64,000 nucleotides of DNA from an uncultured Verrucomicrobiae bacterium. Its GTDB lineage: Bacteria > Verrucomicrobiota > Verrucomicrobiia > Palsa-1439. How positions within the stretch are numbered: the stretch's first letter is position 1; each line of letters opens with the position of its first letter. The position numbers and the translations under genes were made by a program. Below are positions 63,957 through 64,000 of the stretch, piece after piece. The notes beneath the pieces were generated by a model. That model had not been told where the DNA came from and ran no database searches. It worked only from the letters and a program-made list of their open reading frames with translations. The stretch is from assembly GCA_963712025.1 (NCBI GenBank), contig CAVQGJ010000011.1, forward strand, positions 369,562 through 433,561, written 5' to 3'.

Positions 63957-64000
63957 ATGTCGGGCAGTGAGATTTTTCTGCAACAACTGATCATCGGGCT
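63957..64000 (+). CDS. livH: probable BCAA ABC permease (5' fragment)
   Basis: MSGSEIFLQQLIIG... following livK; only 14 codons visible. Confidence 0.55.
   Translation, partial: MSGSEIFLQQLIIG

Overview
High-GC bacterial chromosomal segment, most likely Verrucomicrobiota. The taxon call rests on an lpxC-fabZ fusion, Gloeo_Verruco repeats, prepilin/H-X9-DG proteins and TN-rich secreted proteins ending in an 'FYR' domain. The housekeeping backbone comprises queE, trpG/pabA, sppA, a sirC-ccsA-hemA-hemC-cobA/hemD operon, rnpB, the riboflavin genes with nusB and ftsY, gcvTHP, rho, lpxA, lpxC/fabZ and the start of livKH. Accessory regions are: (i) an M14 carboxypeptidase / class-III aminotransferase / LuxE / LuxC cluster with no luxAB or luxD in the window, a candidate acid-to-aldehyde-to-amine pathway and my top lead; (ii) a 14-kb block of large surface proteins, two of which share a probable C-terminal sorting domain; (iii) an 8-kb insert separating lpxC/fabZ from lpxA, carrying a membrane-fused ECF sigma factor, glycan-active enzymes, a 45-bp gene-end repeat and a possible integron-cassette relic. 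Many genes look leaderless (TAnnnT 6-7 nt before the start codon). glpX carries an internal deletion or replacement. About 18-20 genes, including essential ones, contain single-base indels that I read as long-read sequencing errors. All assignments come from motif recognition by eye; no searches were run.
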